The notes beneath the pieces are model-generated. The model worked only from the letters and a program-made list of their open reading frames with translations, was not told the DNA's origin and made no database searches. A stretch of DNA of 32,518 nucleotides from a virus (Duplodnaviria > Caudoviricetes). Position 1 is the stretch's first letter. Every line of letters starts with the position of its first letter. The stretch lies in the IMG/VR virus record IMGVR_UViG_3300034061_004194, positions 1-32,518 of that record. One strand, given 5' to 3'. Shown here piece by piece: positions 28,819 to 32,518 of this stretch. A program made the translations under genes and the position numbers.

Positions 28819-29156
28819 CCAACGACCAAATTAACCAGCGCATCGCCGAGGCGTGTGGATGGACCGAGGTGGGCGAATGTGAAAATGGTGGTTTCCGGCT
28901 GCGAGGTTTTCCGCCGAACCGGCATGAGGCGCACAGAAAGCCGATTCCGAATTACTGCACTGACCTCAACGCCATGGCCGAGGCAGAATCGACCATGACG
29001 CAGCTTCAATGGGCGTATTTTGTCGCAAAGCTGGCGGAATTAACACGGCAACCGGGGCGGTGCGACATCCCTGCGCAAATCCTGTTGCAGGCAACCGCGC
29101 GGCAGCGGGCCGAGGCGTTTTTGAAAGCCGTGGAGAAATGGGAGGTGGCGGAATGA
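28815..29156 (+). CDS. Third copy of the ABA-sandwich-like domain
   Basis: MTNDQINQRIAEACGW...PNYCTDLNAMAEAE...ATARQRAEAFL. Confidence 0.75.
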   Translation: MTNDQINQRIAEACGWTEVGECENGGFRLRGFPPNRHEAHRKPIPNYCTDLNAMAEAESTMTQLQWAYFVAKLAELTRQPGRCDIPAQILLQATARQRAEAFLKAVEKWEVAE

Positions 29157-29482
29157 ACTCACGCCAAAAAGGAGCACGCGGCGAGCGCGAATGGGCTGAA
29201 TACCTGCGCGACAACGGGTACACAGCCCGCCGAGGGCAACAGTTCAGCGGCGGCAGCGAGTCGCCAGACGTGGTATGCCAGGAGTTAAGCTGGTTGCATT
29301 GGGAGGTGAAACGGGTGGAACGGTTGAACCTTAGTAATGCGTGCGAGCAGGCCGCCCATGACGCGGGGCCCAGCAAACGGTGGGCCGTAGCACACCGGGC
29401 CAACGGCGAAAGCTGGCTGGTCACGGTGCCTGCGGAACTGATGATGCTGCTGCTGCGGCAGTACGAGCCGACAGAGTTATGA
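29153..29482 (+). CDS. Holliday junction resolvase, PD-(D/E)XK Hjc-like
   Basis: MNSRQKGARGERE, SPDVV, WEVKRVE motifs. Confidence 0.85.
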   Translation: MNSRQKGARGEREWAEYLRDNGYTARRGQQFSGGSESPDVVCQELSWLHWEVKRVERLNLSNACEQAAHDAGPSKRWAVAHRANGESWLVTVPAELMMLLLRQYEPTEL

Positions 29483-29670
29483 CGCCCGCGACAGTATCGG
29501 AACGGAATAGCATCGCCTATCAAGGCGGCAGATTGCGCTACCTACAGCGGCGGGCCTGCGAGTTGCGGGCCGAGGGTGTCACATACAGGCAGCTGCGGGA
29601 TATGTTTGGCGTATCGACCGCAACGCTGTGCAAATGGGTGCGAACGCACCGGCAACGAATCACAAACTAG
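29479..29670 (+). CDS. Small HTH protein
   Basis: LRAEGVTYRQLRDMFGVSTATLCKWV. Confidence 0.7.
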   Translation: MTPATVSERNSIAYQGGRLRYLQRRACELRAEGVTYRQLRDMFGVSTATLCKWVRTHRQRITN

Positions 29671-29712
29671 CAGGGGCGCGCCTGTGGCAACGCGCACAAC
29701 ACAACACGACAA

Positions 29713-29937
29713 ATGACGAACCAAGAACTTTTTGAGAAAACACGGGAGCAATTCAACGAGCTGATCGAGTATTACCGCAAACTTTGCGATCGGCACTGGG
29801 CGGAGATCAACGCCACAACGGAGCGAGCGGTGCGCGCCGAGGCTCATATGACTCGGCTGCGGTGCGATCTGGAGGACATGACCGCCGAGCGCGACAGGCT
29901 GCGGCGGGAACTCGATTTCATCGCCAGTAGGCAATGA
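29713..29937 (+). CDS. Hypothetical coiled-coil protein
   Basis: 74 aa helical heptads; AC-rich leader. Confidence 0.65.
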   Translation: MTNQELFEKTREQFNELIEYYRKLCDRHWAEINATTERAVRAEAHMTRLRCDLEDMTAERDRLRRELDFIASRQ

Positions 29938-30209
29938 ATCGGCCATTGGTCCCACGGCTCGACAGCGTCGGCGAGTACCTGGAGGCAAAACGGATTGCCG
30001 AGGAACTCGTGCGCATTGATCGGGCCGTGGGCTTTCGGTCCAAAGCGGATGTGGTGAAGGCCGCAGTCATTCTAGCGGCCTTTGGGGCTACCCTCGACGC
30101 GGTTGACCCCGAGCCCATCCTACCGGCCACGGCGGCCGACAAAAACACGACACATGATTTTACCAAACTCAGTCTTACGCTCCCCCCGGTGGAGCGGCTC
30201 GACCTCTGA
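29934..30209 (+). CDS. Hypothetical protein
   Basis: 91 aa; ATGA overlap with previous gene; 3' end overlaps initiator gene. Confidence 0.55.
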   Translation: MNRPLVPRLDSVGEYLEAKRIAEELVRIDRAVGFRSKADVVKAAVILAAFGATLDAVDPEPILPATAADKNTTHDFTKLSLTLPPVERLDL

Positions 30210-31056
30210 GGCCCAGGGCGCGTGGATGCGCCTAATGGTGCACCTACAACTGACCCACAGCGACGGCTGGCTGCCTGTTGCTGATGTCCGACAACTAACC
30301 GGCCTCGACCCTGCCAGCATGGGCCGATTGATCGAAATCCACGGCGATGAATGCCGGCCCATTGGCTATCCAGTTGCAGAGGTTGCAAGGCAAAAACGCG
30401 TTTCGGCAATCGCGTCTGAGCGCAACAAATCCCAATGCTCCAATGCTCCAATGCTCCAATGCTCCAATGCATTGGGAAATGTGTTTGAAGTTTCGGAAAC
30501 GGAAAACGGCGCAAAATCAACGCAAGTGGCAGAAACACAGGGAGAAGGGGCGCGCGCAACTCGGGTTGAGGGTCAGAAAAATCCAGTCGCGAAAAAAAGT
30601 TGCTCGACACAAGAAGAAGATATATATATCATAGGACCTAAGGACGTAGGGCCTAAGGAACTACAGAGTAGTTTACTTGGGGAGAGGGGTAGTATGGAAG
30701 TGGGGATTGTTAAGGGGCGAAACCATGGGGAGAGGGGTGCTACGGTGCCCGATTGGTGCGCAGAATTGCTGTTTGCGACCAAGGATTTCGGCCAAGTCGC
30801 GCTGAGCCTGGACGACTACCAAGCGTTGCGGACAGCGCATTCCGAGAACCTATTGCGCACGCAGCTACCGTTAGCAGCGTTGTGGCTGCGGACCAATGCC
30901 GACAAACGGAAGGCCGCTAAGGGCCTTATGCGGTTTCTAGCCAACTGGCTTAAGCGGGAAGCGTCTGGAAGGGCGGGAACAAGCCTTTACGGCGCGCCAT
31001 TGGGCGAAAAGAAGCCACGCGGTGAGTGGTCAGGGGTGTGGAGGGTAGGCAAATGA
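30154..31056 (+). CDS. Replication initiator (lambda O-like architecture)
   Basis: N-terminal wHTH-like LRSPRW...EAQGAWMRLM, low-complexity linker with DNA repeats, C-terminal WLRTN..KRK....LMRFLANWL; directly upstream of DnaB. Confidence 0.75.
   Translation: MILPNSVLRSPRWSGSTSEAQGAWMRLMVHLQLTHSDGWLPVADVRQLTGLDPASMGRLIEIHGDECRPIGYPVAEVARQKRVSAIASERNKSQCSNAPMLQCSNALGNVFEVSETENGAKSTQVAETQGEGARATRVEGQKNPVAKKSCSTQEEDIYIIGPKDVGPKELQSSLLGERGSMEVGIVKGRNHGERGATVPDWCAELLFATKDFGQVALSLDDYQALRTAHSENLLRTQLPLAALWLRTNADKRKAAKGLMRFLANWLKREASGRAGTSLYGAPLGEKKPRGEWSGVWRVGK
30430..30477. repeat. Tandem 8-bp repeat (CCAATGCT x4 plus CCAATGC) ending in palindrome; candidate iterons/origin
   Basis: Units start at 30432, 30440, 30448, 30456, 30464; CCAATGCATTGG palindrome 30464-30475. 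Confidence 0.8.
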
Positions 31057-32384
31057 GGCCCGAACCTGATTTTATTGCTGCCTCCGAGGCGGAAAAAGCC
31101 ATTGCTGGAGCGGCCCTAACTTACCCGGAGCAGACGGTTAAACTTCTCGACGATGCGGGATTTGACCATGAGGCGATGGTGCTGCCAGCCCCCAAGCATG
31201 TCGTGGCGTTTGTGCGGGGGGCCGTCGGGCGCAAAGCTGCGGTGGATTTCGTCACCGTGGCCACGGACTTGCAGCGCCACTTCCCTGACCTGTCGCCGGC
31301 TTTCCTTACCAGTCTGACCGAGCACATAGGCAACGGGGCCCGGGTGCCATCGTGGTGCGGTGCAGTACGCGAGGCTAAGGTGCGCCGGGATGCCATTGCG
31401 TTCACAGGCTCGCAGCTTGAGTTGCTCAAAGGCGGCGCCAATGTGTCCGAGGTGTTTGAGGTCACCAAAGGATGGCTACAGGCGCAGCAAAGGGCTTTTG
31501 CGCCTACCAAGAGCGCCATGCTGCGGGATCTAATCGATGCGCAGCTGGAAGCATACAGCAGGCCCGAGGACAAGAGCCGCACGATTAAAACCGGCATCAC
31601 CGAACTGGATGAGCGGATGACGTTAGAAACCTCTGACCTGCTAGTGATCGGCGGCGCGACCGGGTCGGGCAAGTCCATGCTGGGCCTCAACCTCGTGACC
31701 AACATCCTCAGAGCCTCCCCAGATTACTCGGGGATGATCATCAGCCTAGAGATGACCCAGGCGCAGGTCACAGAGCGGATGCTGGCACGCTACAGCGGCG
31801 TTGCAACCCATCGCCTTAAACGCCGGGACTACACAGCTGGAGAACTACAACGCATCGGCCATGCGGCACAGGAGTTGTGCACATTGCCTCTCGTGGTAAG
31901 GGACGATTGCCACGCGCTGCACCAGGTCACTAGCGCGGCGAGGGCTTTGCACGCGAATAAGCCGCTTCGGGTGCTTATGGTGGATTATTTGCAACTGGTC
32001 AGGGGGCCAGATGTAGAGCTTAGGGAGCAGCAGGTGGCAGCGGTGAGCCGGGAGCTGCGGTTGTTGGCCATTGAGACGGGGTGTCTGGTGATTGCCTTAG
32101 CCCAGCTAAACAAGGCAGGCGAGGCCCGAGAGAGTTCGGCCATTATGATGGATGCCACGCAGTTTCTTACAGTTCGCGCGGTCAACAGCGAGGGTAAGGC
32201 ATTCAATCCGCACGATGAGGAGGATGAAATCGATGAGACGAGGCGGCGCTTGGACATTGGGAAACAGCGCGACGGCGGCGTGGGGTCGGTGCTGGTCGGG
32301 TTTGAGGGTGCTGTGGCGCGCTTCCATGATACCGAGCAGACCGAAAAAGGAATTGCCAAGGGTGGCAAATGGCGGCAGAAGTGA
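31053..32384 (+). CDS. dnaB: Replicative DNA helicase, DnaB family
   Basis: Walker A GGATGSGKS, SLEM, VDYLQLV, REQQVAAVSRELR, LAQLN, ARESSAI, GKQRDG. Confidence 0.95.
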   Translation: MRPEPDFIAASEAEKAIAGAALTYPEQTVKLLDDAGFDHEAMVLPAPKHVVAFVRGAVGRKAAVDFVTVATDLQRHFPDLSPAFLTSLTEHIGNGARVPSWCGAVREAKVRRDAIAFTGSQLELLKGGANVSEVFEVTKGWLQAQQRAFAPTKSAMLRDLIDAQLEAYSRPEDKSRTIKTGITELDERMTLETSDLLVIGGATGSGKSMLGLNLVTNILRASPDYSGMIISLEMTQAQVTERMLARYSGVATHRLKRRDYTAGELQRIGHAAQELCTLPLVVRDDCHALHQVTSAARALHANKPLRVLMVDYLQLVRGPDVELREQQVAAVSRELRLLAIETGCLVIALAQLNKAGEARESSAIMMDATQFLTVRAVNSEGKAFNPHDEEDEIDETRRRLDIGKQRDGGVGSVLVGFEGAVARFHDTEQTEKGIAKGGKWRQK

Positions 32385-32416
32385 GCGCGCTAGTGATTAC
32401 GCGAGAGTAACGTGAG

Positions 32417-32448
32417 GGCCCCTGTCGCTGAGTGGCGGCAGGGGTTTT
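32417..32448 (+). terminator. Rho-independent terminator after dnaB
   Basis: CCCCTGTCGCT / GGCGGCAGGGG stem followed by TTTT. Confidence 0.65.
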
Positions 32449-32505
32449 CGTTGTCAGGTACCCCCCGGGGGGGTAAGGATTCTCTTTGGCAGGCCACAAG
32501 CCGCG

Positions 32506-32518
32506 GGTTCGGAGCCAT
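32506..32518. repeat. Right copy of 13-bp terminal direct repeat
   Basis: Identical to bases 1-13. Confidence 0.85.

Noticed and set aside
30432-30470. Tandem repeat considered as a CRISPR or mini-array
   Set aside because: 8-bp units with no spacers, inside a CDS; no cas genes.
25013-31052. Upstream-extended starts in the ORF track (25013, 25534, 27201, 27962, 29009, 29380, 30082, 31026)
   Set aside because: Extensions overlap upstream genes or repeats; downstream ATGs with stop/start overlaps or AC-rich leaders fit better.

Overview
The window appears to be one complete (or end-to-end) ~32.5 kb tailed-phage genome with every credible gene on the + strand and a 13-bp direct repeat (GGTTCGGAGCCAT) at both termini, next to a lambda Nu1/GpA-type terminase pair. 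Gene order: packaging and head (small and large terminase, gpW-like protein, lambda-type portal, S49 protease, scaffold, capsid); siphovirus-like tail (two tiny paralogous tube-like genes, tail chaperone with a GGGAAAC -1 frameshift, short tape measure, unrecognised tip proteins); receptor-binding module (collagen-like fibres, Asp-box propeller, glycine-rich fibre); lysis; a metallophosphoesterase and GT4 glycosyltransferase; two putative regulators; an early/accessory region (3'-5' exonuclease, RNAP alpha-CTD-like protein, SSB-like protein, AT-rich cassettes, triplicated domain); Holliday-junction resolvase, replication initiator with an internal iteron-like array, and DnaB helicase. I found no integrase, repressor, polymerase, tRNA or CRISPR array. 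The most striking unexplained signal is a perfect TTGACA exactly 13-14 nt upstream of the ATG of the first gene of five virion modules, with no -10 box, in a genome that also encodes a sigma-region-4-like HTH protein, an LmbU-like regulator and an alpha-CTD-like protein: a candidate non-canonical late-expression system. All product calls come from motif recognition and synteny by eye; no database searches were run.
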